In this document: positions 1-9,000 of the stretch, one piece after another | Layout: each line of letters starts with the position of its first letter | Numbering within the stretch: position 1 is the stretch's first letter | Notes under the pieces: model-generated | What the model saw: the letters and a program-made list of their open reading frames with translations, nothing else | Told to the model about the DNA's origin: nothing | Databases searched by the model: none | Translations under genes and position numbers: made by a program | From: Candidatus Latescibacterota bacterium | GTDB taxonomy: Bacteria > Latescibacterota > UBA2968 > GCA-2709665 | Assembly: GCA_963667175.2 (NCBI GenBank) | Contig: CAXXXF010000006.1 | Span: 657,851 to 721,850, forward strand | DNA: 64,000 bases | Direction: 5' to 3'

Positions 1-36
1 CTTCCTCTGCAACTGGGTCACGATCCATTATTCTCC

Positions 37-1746
37 CTAAGGCGGCTTCGCTTTGCTCAGCCGCAACCAAAAAGGTGGTAGTCAAGAGCAGTTTGTTTTG
101 TGGTATGAAAAACGGCGTTCGTCCTTTATGATGGTGGTCCCAACCGCCATCAACCCAAGGAGGAACGCCGTGAACGACTTCGTGGACCAATATAATGAAA
201 AAATCAGTGGCGTGGTATCGTGTTTTGATCGGGTTTTGTTCAAGGGGTACCTGCCGCTGGGATTTGGCAATGCGATGGAGCGTTTCATGGGTAATCAGGG
301 TTTTTTGTTGAAGGACTTCAAGCGTTTTGTGACGTCGCATTCCAAAACGATCAAAGCCCACGCGGAGGCGGTGGCGAGCAGGCACAAGCGCCCGTTCCTC
401 TATCTCGACCGCAACACCGTCAGGAAAGAGGAGGAAGCGCGACGCATCGCCCAACGAGATGGGATCACCCGCGGCCTGGTCTGTGTGTTCCGCGCCGTGG
501 AAGGCTGTCAGAGTTTCAAGCTGGTTCCAGGGGAAGGAAGGCCTCGCCTGCTCAACGCCCGGCGGAAGTGCCTGTGCTACTACTTCTACTATATCGACCG
601 TGAGTTCGGGTTGCTGCATATCCGCATCCAGTCCTGGTTCCCCCTGGTGGTGCAGGTCTGTCTCAATGGCCACGAATACCTGGCGCGCAAGCTCGATAAA
701 AACGGCATTGCCTATGAAAAAGCAGACAACGCGTTTCTATGGATCGACGACGTGGCCCGGGCGCAACGCTTTGCCGATCGTTTTGTCGAGAAGAATTGGC
801 CGCGCATTCTCTCCGGGCTTGCCCGCAGGGTCAACCCCCTGCTCAAAGACCTGCTTTCGGGAATGGACTATTACTGGGTCGTTGACCAGGCTGAGTTCGC
901 CACCGACGTGATGTTCACAAGCCCCCACGCCCTGAAGGTGCTGTATGAAAATCTGCTCAGACATACGGTGCTGTGCTTCTCCCCCCAGGACATCCTGACC
1001 TTCCTGGGACGCAAACTCCACGGCAACTTTCAGGGCGAAGTCCTCACGGACTTCAAAAACAAACGCCAACCCGGCGCACGGGTCAAACACCGGATGTGTG
1101 AGAACTGGATAAAAATGTACGACAAACACGGGCGCGTACTACGCATAGAGACAGTGATCAACCATCCAAGGCAGTTCAAGGTCCGCCGCTGGGGCATACG
1201 CCAAGGACAACGCGTGATGGGCTGGTATCCCATGGCCAAAGGCGTGGCCAACCTCTACCGCTATCGGGAAATCTCATTGAAGGCCAACCAACACTACCTT
1301 CATGCGCTGGCAGCAGCACCAGACACCGCGAAGAGCCGTCACAGCCTCACCACACTTGCCCGACCACGCAGGCACAGGGGGCGTACCTATCGGGGCTTCA
1401 ATCCCGCCGACACCCGCGACCTCGACCTCTTCACCGCCGTCCTGAAAGGCGAACACGCCCTGATGGGCTTCCGCAATCGGGACATCCGAAAACACCTCTT
1501 CAAACAACCCAGAACCCTCGACCAGCGCCGACGGCAGGCCAACGCCGTCAGCCGACTTCTCAAACGCCTACACGTCCGAGGCCTGATCGCCAAAATCCCA
1601 CGGTCCAGAAGATGGCGCGTCACACAGGCCGGACACGTCACACTCGCGACTTCACTGACACTATACCACAAGCACACAAACCCTATCCAAGCAGCATGAA
1701 CAAACTTCTACGCATCTTGCGTTGAAGTCTTACTGTAAGACTCTAA
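37..1746 (+). mobile_element. Putative TIR-less insertion element with hairpin ends
   Basis: Single large ORF. Left hairpin GCGGCT..AGCCGC (42-64). Right hairpins at 1705-1727 and AGTCTTAC-T-GTAAGACT (1726-1742). CTAA at 37-40 and 1743-1746. No terminal inverted repeats seen. Confidence 0.55.
170..1699 (+). CDS. Unclassified putative transposase with probable C-terminal winged-helix domain
   Basis: GTG start after AGGAGG RBS. Motifs SCFDRVLFKGYL, QAEFATDVMF and IKMYDK..LRIET. Basic wHTH-like tail VSRLLKRLHVRGLIAKIPRSRRWRVT. No DDE or HUH motif recognised. Confidence 0.6.
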   Translation: MNDFVDQYNEKISGVVSCFDRVLFKGYLPLGFGNAMERFMGNQGFLLKDFKRFVTSHSKTIKAHAEAVASRHKRPFLYLDRNTVRKEEEARRIAQRDGITRGLVCVFRAVEGCQSFKLVPGEGRPRLLNARRKCLCYYFYYIDREFGLLHIRIQSWFPLVVQVCLNGHEYLARKLDKNGIAYEKADNAFLWIDDVARAQRFADRFVEKNWPRILSGLARRVNPLLKDLLSGMDYYWVVDQAEFATDVMFTSPHALKVLYENLLRHTVLCFSPQDILTFLGRKLHGNFQGEVLTDFKNKRQPGARVKHRMCENWIKMYDKHGRVLRIETVINHPRQFKVRRWGIRQGQRVMGWYPMAKGVANLYRYREISLKANQHYLHALAAAPDTAKSRHSLTTLARPRRHRGRTYRGFNPADTRDLDLFTAVLKGEHALMGFRNRDIRKHLFKQPRTLDQRRRQANAVSRLLKRLHVRGLIAKIPRSRRWRVTQAGHVTLATSLTLYHKHTNPIQAA

Positions 1747-1925
1747 CAGTCCGTTGAAAAAGTCGCTCTGCAGGCGAGGCCAAGTCATTGAGGCCGAAGA
1801 GAAGGCGCGCGACCGACTCGAATCCTCGGACTCGGTGAGGGAGCGCCTGCCTGCTGCAGGCAGGCAACGGCGTAGTTCGGTCACAAGGGCCGGACCCAGC
1901 CCGGATTGACTTGTCCAACGGGCTG
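1747..1925. mobile_element. MITE-like non-autonomous element (179 bp)
   Basis: Imperfect 18-bp TIRs CAGTCCGTTGAAAAAGTC / GACTTGTCCAACGGGCTG (15/18), similar to IS5/IS1182-type ends. No credible coding capacity. Confidence 0.65.
1845..1865. repeat. GCCTGCCTGC mini-palindrome, copy 1
   Basis: GCCTGCCTGC-T-GCAGGCAGGC, perfect 10-bp arms, inside the MITE. Confidence 0.85.
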
Positions 1926-1966
1926 CCAAGGCTGTTCCGGGGGTTCCTCCGACCTGGACAGGCGGG

Positions 1967-2173
1967 TCAGAGTTTCACGAGAATCAGCGTACCAAGGGCA
2001 ATCAGCGTGGTAAACTGGATGCCGATAATCCATCGAAATCCGCTATCCAGGCGCGATTCGAGGTTCGCAAGGCGCGATTCAATGGCCGTGAGGCGGGCGT
2101 TCATCTGATCGACCGTGCCCTCGAGGCGGGAAATTCGGGCATCGAAATCGGCTTGTTGCGTTGCGGCGTTCAC
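1967..2173 (-). CDS. Small coiled-coil protein with C-terminal TM anchor (DUF1640/CCDC90-like)
   Basis: Heptads ISRLEGTVDQMNARLTAIESRLANLESRLD followed by hydrophobic FRWIIGIQFTTLIALGTLILVKL. Start is estimated. Confidence 0.7.
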   Translation of the reverse strand: MNAATQQADFDARISRLEGTVDQMNARLTAIESRLANLESRLDSGFRWIIGIQFTTLIALGTLILVKL

Positions 2174-2413
2174 GTATGGGTTCCCTTCGGTCTGGGTTGT
2201 CGGTTGGCCCGTCACTGTGTGTATGGACAAAATACGTCAAGTTCTTCCTGAAACAAAATCGTGCTGATTCATTGCCGTTACAAACCGACTGTACGTGCGG
2301 ATACCGCCGAATTCGAAGCGGCGAGAACGCAATCCGGCGAACCGCCGAGCGCTTTGAGCACGTCAACGGCCTTGCCTTCGGTGGACCCGGCATGTCTTGT
2401 CTGGAATGCGCTG

Positions 2414-2698
2414 CTACGATGTGAAACGAAGCTTGATGCCGCAAGCCGCAGACACTTTCGCTAGTGTATCGAGCCGTGGATTTCTTCGGCCGGACAGAAC
2501 TCGGGAAAGGGCCACACGATCCAGATTCGCCTGGCGTGCGAGCGCGGACACGCCGCCCCGTGCCTCGGCAACGTTACGAAACGCCTTCATAAGAAAGCGC
2601 GGATCGTCGCCCATTTCCTCAATCGCCGCGTTCAGATAGGCAGCCGCGTCCTCTGGCGTCTTGAGATAGTCGCTGGCTTTATGTTCTCTAGCGGGCAT
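2414..2698 (-). CDS. Addiction-module antidote protein (HTH antitoxin)
   Basis: DYLKTPEDAAAYLNAAIEE..VAEARGGVSALARQANLDRVALSRVLSGRRNPRLDTL is typical of this family. Confidence 0.85.
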   Translation of the reverse strand: MPAREHKASDYLKTPEDAAAYLNAAIEEMGDDPRFLMKAFRNVAEARGGVSALARQANLDRVALSRVLSGRRNPRLDTLAKVSAACGIKLRFTS

Positions 2699-2772
2699 CC
2701 CATTGATCCTGTTTGATGGCATTCCAGCGCTTACGCGCGTTTGCAAAGCCACGAACTCAATTCATACACGAA

Positions 2773-2801
2773 AGCGTAGCCAATTGACTACGCAGTGTCA
2801 A
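2773..2801 (-). promoter_or_regulatory. Sigma70-like promoter overlapped by a palindromic operator
   Basis: Minus strand TTGACA-17bp-TACGCT. Near-perfect palindrome GCGTAGCCAATTGACTACGC at 2774-2793. Confidence 0.6.
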
Positions 2802-2921
2802 GTGTTTTACAGTAGATCGAAAAGTAGAAACGGGTTGGGCTCCCGATTAGTGCGGGGGCCTGTCCACCGCGTCGTGCTTGCACGTACAGTGTCACGTCAT
2901 TGTGCCGCGTTTCATTTCCTT

Positions 2922-3130
2922 TCATTCAGCCGGTATCGTCTCCAAATCCTTCTCGACGTCGGGATAGACAGTATCGAGCTCTTTCTGTATCTCCATGGTC
3001 TTCCCCTAGCCGTTACGATCTTGCAGTAGGTTCGGGAGTCGTCGAATGGACGATCTCTACGATCCTTCGACCACTTCTCGCAAACCTCGTAGCCGAGGAT
3101 CTGATATGGGCACACACACCCCCCCGAATC
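2922..3130 (-). pseudogene. Degenerate copy of the 3' end of the restriction-modification gene at 6058-9183
   Basis: YQILGYEVCEKWSKDRRDR..YCKIVTA aligns with YRIGGYQVCDKWLKDRKER..FCRIVTA. Shared DNA ATCCTTCTCGACGTCGGGATAGA..GTATCGAGCTCTTTCTGTATCTC. Contains a frameshift. Confidence 0.85.
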
Positions 3131-3139
3131 TGCACCTGG

Positions 3140-3523
3140 TCAGGTTATCGCAATCCGTCCCGTTCGAAATTCAACGGTCAGGCTCGATCCGCGAAAAAAA
3201 TCTAGCCCAAGAAGACCATCTACACCTGCACTGGGCGGCAACGTATGACCCAGCACTGGAAAACGAGTAGTCCTTCGACCCAGGGCCATAATTGCGTCGA
3301 GTGTGACGAGGGGCGCGAATTCGACCCCGCTGCCCGTAGTCACCTGCACACGGTTCGGTGACAACGCCGGATCGTACCCAAGAGCAACCATCATCCCCAC
3401 GTTCACCAATGTTCCGGTCGCACCAGTATCAAGCGCCAAACGGAGAACGGCACTACCGTTCGGCCCCCACAGTTCGGCAGACACGATGATCAAGCCCTGA
3501 TGTGGATGGAATGGCAAACTCAT
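3140..3523 (-). CDS. Retropepsin-like (clan AA) aspartyl protease
   Basis: LALDTGATGT catalytic motif and GLLGLDFF C-terminal motif. Confidence 0.85.
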   Translation of the reverse strand: MSLPFHPHQGLIIVSAELWGPNGSAVLRLALDTGATGTLVNVGMMVALGYDPALSPNRVQVTTGSGVEFAPLVTLDAIMALGRRTTRFPVLGHTLPPSAGVDGLLGLDFFRGSSLTVEFRTGRIAIT

Positions 3524-3747
3524 AGGACGATCGCGGTGTCCTCAGGCATCTGCCCGGTGTACAAAATGGCAAACCGGTCAGGGTGCAACGCCACTGCCTG
3601 GCGATAGACCTCGTCCCGATCCTTACTGTGGAAGCGAACTTTGCCGCTCTTCACTTCCAGGGCATCGTCAGTCCGCGGGGCTTCAACGAGCACCCACTCT
3701 GAGGAGTACTTCGTGTGTATCTGGGAAATTGTCAGAACTTCGTCCAT
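3520..3747 (-). CDS. Small DUF5678-like protein coupled to the aspartyl protease
   Basis: AGGAGG RBS. KYSSEWVLV..GKVRFHSKDRDEVY pattern. ATGA overlap with the protease gene. Confidence 0.65.
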   Translation of the reverse strand: MDEVLTISQIHTKYSSEWVLVEAPRTDDALEVKSGKVRFHSKDRDEVYRQAVALHPDRFAILYTGQMPEDTAIVL

Positions 3748-4048
3748 CTCTCTGATCCTCCTGTCGGTCAATGCGAGTACAAATTGGACCCTTTTCGAAC
3801 AGTGAGCTGAGGATACCTGCAGCATTCGCAATGGCATTCGTTTTCGGAAACCTATACCAATCCAGTCGTGCGTAATCTGCTGATGTACCTCTGCGATGGG
3901 GTTCCGCGTGGGCGTCCTGCCATCTGGCATTTTGATATATGGAATCAGGCTTTGGATACCCCGCCCAAACCCTACGTGCCAATATAGAGTGAGACAACTC
4001 CCCCTTCGAGATTAATGTCGTATTAATGGGCGGAGAGGAGAGCACGAG

Positions 4049-4522
4049 ATGCGGTCAAGAACCGATGTTGGAGACAACGGCAGCAGCAGCAAGGGGTCTC
4101 TGGTTGTGGAGGTCCCGCGCGGGACCTCCACAACCACGAAGCCGGATCCGGAAGTGCCGGCGCGTGCGCAGCGTCGCCGTTTCACGGCAAAGTACAAGCT
4201 TCGCATCCTGGAAGCGGCGGATGCTTGTCGCGCTCCTGGTGAAGTCGGCGCGCTGCTGCGCCGCGAGGGACTGTATTCCTCGCAGTTGACGCAGTGGCGT
4301 CGTGCGCGTCGCGAGGGGTCGCTCAAGGCGCTGTCGAAGCTGCGGGGACCGAAAGGGCGTCGCCGCGACGAGGTGGCCGTCGAGAACGAGCAACTGCGCA
4401 AGGAGATCGCCCGTTTGCGACGACGATTGGAACAGGCGAACACGATCCTCGAGATCCAAAAAAAAGCCTCCGAGATCCTGGGCATCCCCCTGAACCCGCC
4501 AGCAGGCGACGACGACGTATGA
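4049..4522 (+). CDS. IS3 transposase OrfA (HTH)
   Basis: RRRFTAKYKLRIL..GALLRREGLYSSQLTQWRR followed by a coiled coil. Confidence 0.9.
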   Translation: MRSRTDVGDNGSSSKGSLVVEVPRGTSTTTKPDPEVPARAQRRRFTAKYKLRILEAADACRAPGEVGALLRREGLYSSQLTQWRRARREGSLKALSKLRGPKGRRRDEVAVENEQLRKEIARLRRRLEQANTILEIQKKASEILGIPLNPPAGDDDV

Positions 4523-5565
4523 TCCGTGCCTGCCTGCGCCGAGCCCCGCGCGGCAGGCAGGCGGCAGAACAACTGGCCCCGAAGGTCGGGTTGGCTTCCG
4601 CGTGCCGGGCGCTGGGTGTGGCGCGGGCATCGGTCTACCGTGCGCGTCAGCCAGCCCAACGCGGGCCTCGTGGCGCCCGGTCCTCGTCGCCACGTGCGCT
4701 TTCCCAAAACGAGCGCGCTACCGTGCTGGACATCCTGCACGAGGACCGCTTCGTAGACCAGGCGCCACCGGCAGTCTACGCCGCGTTGCTCGAGGAAGGG
4801 CGGTATGTCTGCTCGATCCGGACCATGTACCGTCTGCTGCACGATGCAGGAGAGGTGCCCCAGCGGCGACACCAGCGGCGTCATCCACGTCTGGAACCGC
4901 CCCGCTTGATGGCGGATGCGCCCAACCAGGTCTGGACATGGGATATCACGCGGCTGCCAGGAACCCGCAAGTGGGAAACCTATCCCCTCTACGTCGTACT
5001 GGATCTGTTCTCACGCTATGTCGTGGCCTGGATGGTCGCCACAAGGGAGAGCGCCACATACGCCAAGCGCCTGATCACCAACGCCTGCACCAAGCAGGGC
5101 ATTCAACCCCGACAACTGACGCTGCACCAGGACCGCGGCGCACCCATGACGGCCAAGACCTTTTCGCAGTTGCTGATGGACCTCGACATCCTGGCCAGCT
5201 ACTCTCGACCCCGTGTGTCCGATGACAACCCGTATTCCGAAAGCCAATTCAAGACGCTCAAATACGCGCCTTCATACCCCGGGCGCTTCACCAACCCGCA
5301 AGAAGCACGCACCTATTTACAGGCCTTCTTTCCCTGGTACAACACACAACACCGGCACAGCGGACTGGGCTTACTCACGCCCGACACCGTCCACCATGGG
5401 CTGACACAGCAGTTTCAAGCCGCCAGACAATCGGTGCTGGACCAGGCCTATCACAACCACCCTGAACGATTTGTTAAGGGGCATCCTCGTCCACCACGCG
5501 TTCCAGACCAAGTCTGGATTAACCAACCACAGAACACCATCGAATGCCATCAGTTGCTTCACTAA
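4519..5565 (+). CDS. IS3 transposase OrfB (rve DDE integrase core)
   Basis: WTWDITRL, LHQDRG and NPYSESQFKTLK form the DDE triad. Confidence 0.92.
   Translation: MIRACLRRAPRGRQAAEQLAPKVGLASACRALGVARASVYRARQPAQRGPRGARSSSPRALSQNERATVLDILHEDRFVDQAPPAVYAALLEEGRYVCSIRTMYRLLHDAGEVPQRRHQRRHPRLEPPRLMADAPNQVWTWDITRLPGTRKWETYPLYVVLDLFSRYVVAWMVATRESATYAKRLITNACTKQGIQPRQLTLHQDRGAPMTAKTFSQLLMDLDILASYSRPRVSDDNPYSESQFKTLKYAPSYPGRFTNPQEARTYLQAFFPWYNTQHRHSGLGLLTPDTVHHGLTQQFQAARQSVLDQAYHNHPERFVKGHPRPPRVPDQVWINQPQNTIECHQLLH
4528..4562. repeat. GCCTGCCTGC mini-palindrome, copy 2 (in-frame within IS3 OrfB)
   Basis: GCCTGCCTGC-GCCGAGCCCCGCGCG-GCAGGCAGGC, 35 bp. Confidence 0.85.
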
Positions 5566-5605
5566 ATTCCAACGGGAGGTGTCTCATTTCTATTGACACG
5601 TTCCG

Positions 5606-5821
5606 AATCGTCAATTTGTAATCCACGAAGCCACTACCGGCTTGTTCTTCAGTACTTATCTCCGCTAAGGGCCATCCCAGAACTCTTGTTAGAATTGGGT
5701 CAATAACCTTTAGACGTGTGTCCTGTTCTGTGACTATAGTTCCCTTGGCGCTGTCCACCTGTTCGAGAATTCGCTGAAAGCTCTCGAATGCGGTGTCAAT
5801 ATTCACGTCATTCCGCCCCAT
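5606..5821 (-). pseudogene. 5' fragment of an HsdR-N-like nuclease gene truncated by IS3
   Basis: TEQDTRLKVIDPILTRVLGW..EEQAGSGFVDYKL resembles type I restriction HsdR N-terminal PD-(D/E)xK domains. The frame runs straight into the IS end. Confidence 0.65.
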
Positions 5822-6057
5822 CGCGATATCTCCGTGTTTTTGTTTGCGATATCTCCATGATTCGCGAGTCAATATAGGCTAGCTGAGTTCGTCAAGGAAC
5901 GGGTTGAATAGATGTAAGAGACGATCAGCAAAGCATTTAAATCCAAACTCAAAAGCTACAGTTCATCTCGAACTCTGTCGAGATCTGCTGTGTTTTTTCC
6001 TGAGTATAGATACTACTCCACCGCATTGATTCGGATCTGGATACGTCTCGCCTTCGC

Positions 6058-9000
6058 TCACTCAGGCTGGATCGACACCAGATCCTTCTCGACGTCGGGA
6101 TAGAGGGTATCGAGCTCTTTCTGTATCTCGATAGTTCTTCCAATAGCAGTCACGATTCGGCAAAATGTCTGGAGCTCTTCAAGTTCCAGTCGTCGCTCTT
6201 TGCGATCTTTCAGCCATTTGTCGCAAACCTGGTAGCCGCCAATGCGATATTCGAACACATCCCTGGGAATTGGGCCGAAATACTGCGTTTTGTTGATGTA
6301 CATTCGTTGTGTCTCTGATTCATAGCGAAAGCCCTTTGCCTTCGTGTTTGCGACGTCCGATTCTCCTCTACCCTCGAATCGACAGGTGGGTTCGGCAAGT
6401 TCCTGCGACTTGAGGAGATGCAGAGCGGCCAATCGCGCACCCAGAACGGCAAGTTTAGTGAACAGCTCACGATCCGCCGAAAATGGAACGCGCGGAAACT
6501 CCATTCGAAGGAATTCGGCGTATTTCTCGCGGTAGGCGGGAGTTTGTAGAATTGCATATAAATAGTCAAAGATGCCCCTTGGGGACGGGCAACTGGCATA
6601 CGCTTGAGTTAAATACTCGACCAGTTCACGCTTCAGATTTGAACGGCGGTCGTTGGCGGTGAGATAAGTGTAGAGTGGAAAGTGGTAATTGATGTCGTAG
6701 GCCGCAACAGACTTGTGGGCGCTGATCGACGTCGTTGCCAGGACACCGAATTCATCCTTATGCTGTTTGGGCATCAATAGAGCGACGTTTTCACCAGCCA
6801 GCATGTGTCGCATTACGTCTTGGCGAGGCCTACAGATGAATCCACGCGACTGACCGGTGTAATACGTGTATCGTACGTCAAACGGCCGGTAGAGAATTGG
6901 AACAACGTTCCCCCGAGTGAGACGACCCTCCAGCAAGTCCAATTGAGCCATTCTGACCTGCCAGTCCCGCGCATCCTTGCCGAGATCGTATGCAATCCTG
7001 GCCTGTTCAGGTTCCATCCCGGAAAATGAACGCACAGTATGCCACACCTCATCATCCGACCAACGGATGGTCAGTCGATCGCGCGCCGTTACAATGCCCA
7101 CGCTCTTCACCGGGAAAATTTCGGCAATGGAGGTGAACAGACGATACTCGTCTTCGAGAGTTTCATCGCGCGGCGCGAACAGATAGAAGGGTGAGACCGG
7201 TCTAATCTCTTGCCTTGTCGTGGAACCGTGATCGTGGGAGTCTAACCACGCGTATTTGTGCTCACGGCTTCCATACGCTTCGGCATGATGAACCTGACAA
7301 TCACAATCTTCTTTGCTACCGGTCTTTACGAAAAAGGCAATAGCCACACCCTGCCGGATATCAAAGACGTTCCCGTCAGGTCTTCCGTCCTTGGGGTTGG
7401 TCTCCCCAGCGAGTGAATTGCCGTGTAAGTCGAGTATATAGATGTCGTCAAAGGTGTCCATCAGGCTCCGGCGCATGCCGCGAAACGTAGGGCTCTCGAG
7501 ATAGCTGTGGTCAGTAATCATGCCGACGATGCCTCGTCCGGCCTGTTCGATCTTCCACTGTGCAAAACGCAGGAACTTCACGTAGTCATTCTGAAGCCAT
7601 TTGGGGTTTTTCTCACCCAGAGGCTTACCGTCCACCTGTTTATAATCCTCGATTAACCCACGTATCCACTTGCCTCTGTTGCTGGAATGTCCGGAATAGG
7701 GCGGATTGCCCAGAATGAGCAGGATCGGGCTCTCCCTCTTGACGTCACCGGCAAGGCGAGATTCCTCTGCCAGCGCCGAGAGGCCAGGAATTCGGGTCTG
7801 TTCCAGCTTCTGCCAGTCCAGCGTATTGGTGAGATAGAAGGCCATCCGCTCATCGTCGGTGATTCGGTGGCCAAGTTCCTGAAGCAGGAAGCTCATCTTC
7901 AGGTGCCCGACAGTATACGGCGCCATCATCAGTTCGAATGCGTAAAAGTTCTTCAAAATATGGGTGCGTATGAAGTCCCTTGTGCCGCCGGCGCCGTATT
8001 TCGCTTCGAACTCCGAAACTGCCTGTTGGGCGGCACGAGCCACAAAGGTCATGGTTCCGGCGGCAGGGTCCAATAGGGTCACGCCCTCAGACGCCAGACC
8101 GTCACCCTTCTCGAACTCCCTCTTGAGAAGACCGTGCAGCGATCGAACGATATACCCGACCACCGGTTCCGGCGTGTAGTACACCCCGCGGCGTTCACGC
8201 TCTTCGGGGTCATATTGCGCCAAAAAGGTCTCGTAGAAATGCACAATCGGGTCGCTGCCTTTGCCGTCTCGGTAGTATTCATCGAGAATACCGGCCGCGT
8301 CTGCCACCGCCAGGACCTCGGCAATGTCATCCACGCACCAGGCGAGTTGATCCGGCATATCGCCAAGAGAGATATAACGGAAGAGATCCCTCAGGACGCC
8401 GATGGTGTGGGGTATGTTGTCAAACGCGGCCGCCCGATTGAAGCTGTCCCCGGCGCGGATGCGGGCGGCAAACAGCCCGTACGTGATGGTCTGCGCGAAC
8501 AGATCGGCAAACGCTTCAGGCGTTAACGACCCTATCAGGTAGGTTCGGAAGGCCTCATAGAAACCGGTGAGATCGTCGCCGGAATCACGATCCGCCCTTA
8601 TCTCTTCGCTTATTACGTCGCGGAGGTGGCGGGTCCGTTTGGCCAATTCAACCGCGAGGGATTCGGCGTCGGCGGTAAAGTCGGCGGGCAGCGTGAAATC
8701 CATGAAGCGATCGAGAAGATCGTAGAGTTCACTTTGTTTTTCGAGTGGAGGCATCGTCCCCAACGTGTTGAGCACAAAGGGTTGACCCGCACAGATCTCT
8801 GCGACCTGCCTGCCTCTTCGGTAGAGACGAAACTCGAGAAAGTTGGTCAGGATGAGATTCGGAAAGGTCTCGCGATAGCGTTGAAGTTGCTCGGTCTCTT
8901 GGATCCGACTTAGGTCCACTTCTGTCGGCTTTTTCGCCTCGATATAGCCGATCACCTGACCCTTACCGTTCCAGAGTCGGAAGTCCGGGTTGCCACCCTC

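Larger units (their letters stand above)
3960..5605 (+). mobile_element. IS3-family insertion sequence
   Basis: Inverted repeats TGCCAATATAGAGTGAGACA (3977) and TGTCTCATTTCTATTGACA (5580-5598). OrfA/OrfB in 0/-1 frames. A8G slippery run at 4458-4466. Exact ends approximate. Confidence 0.9.
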
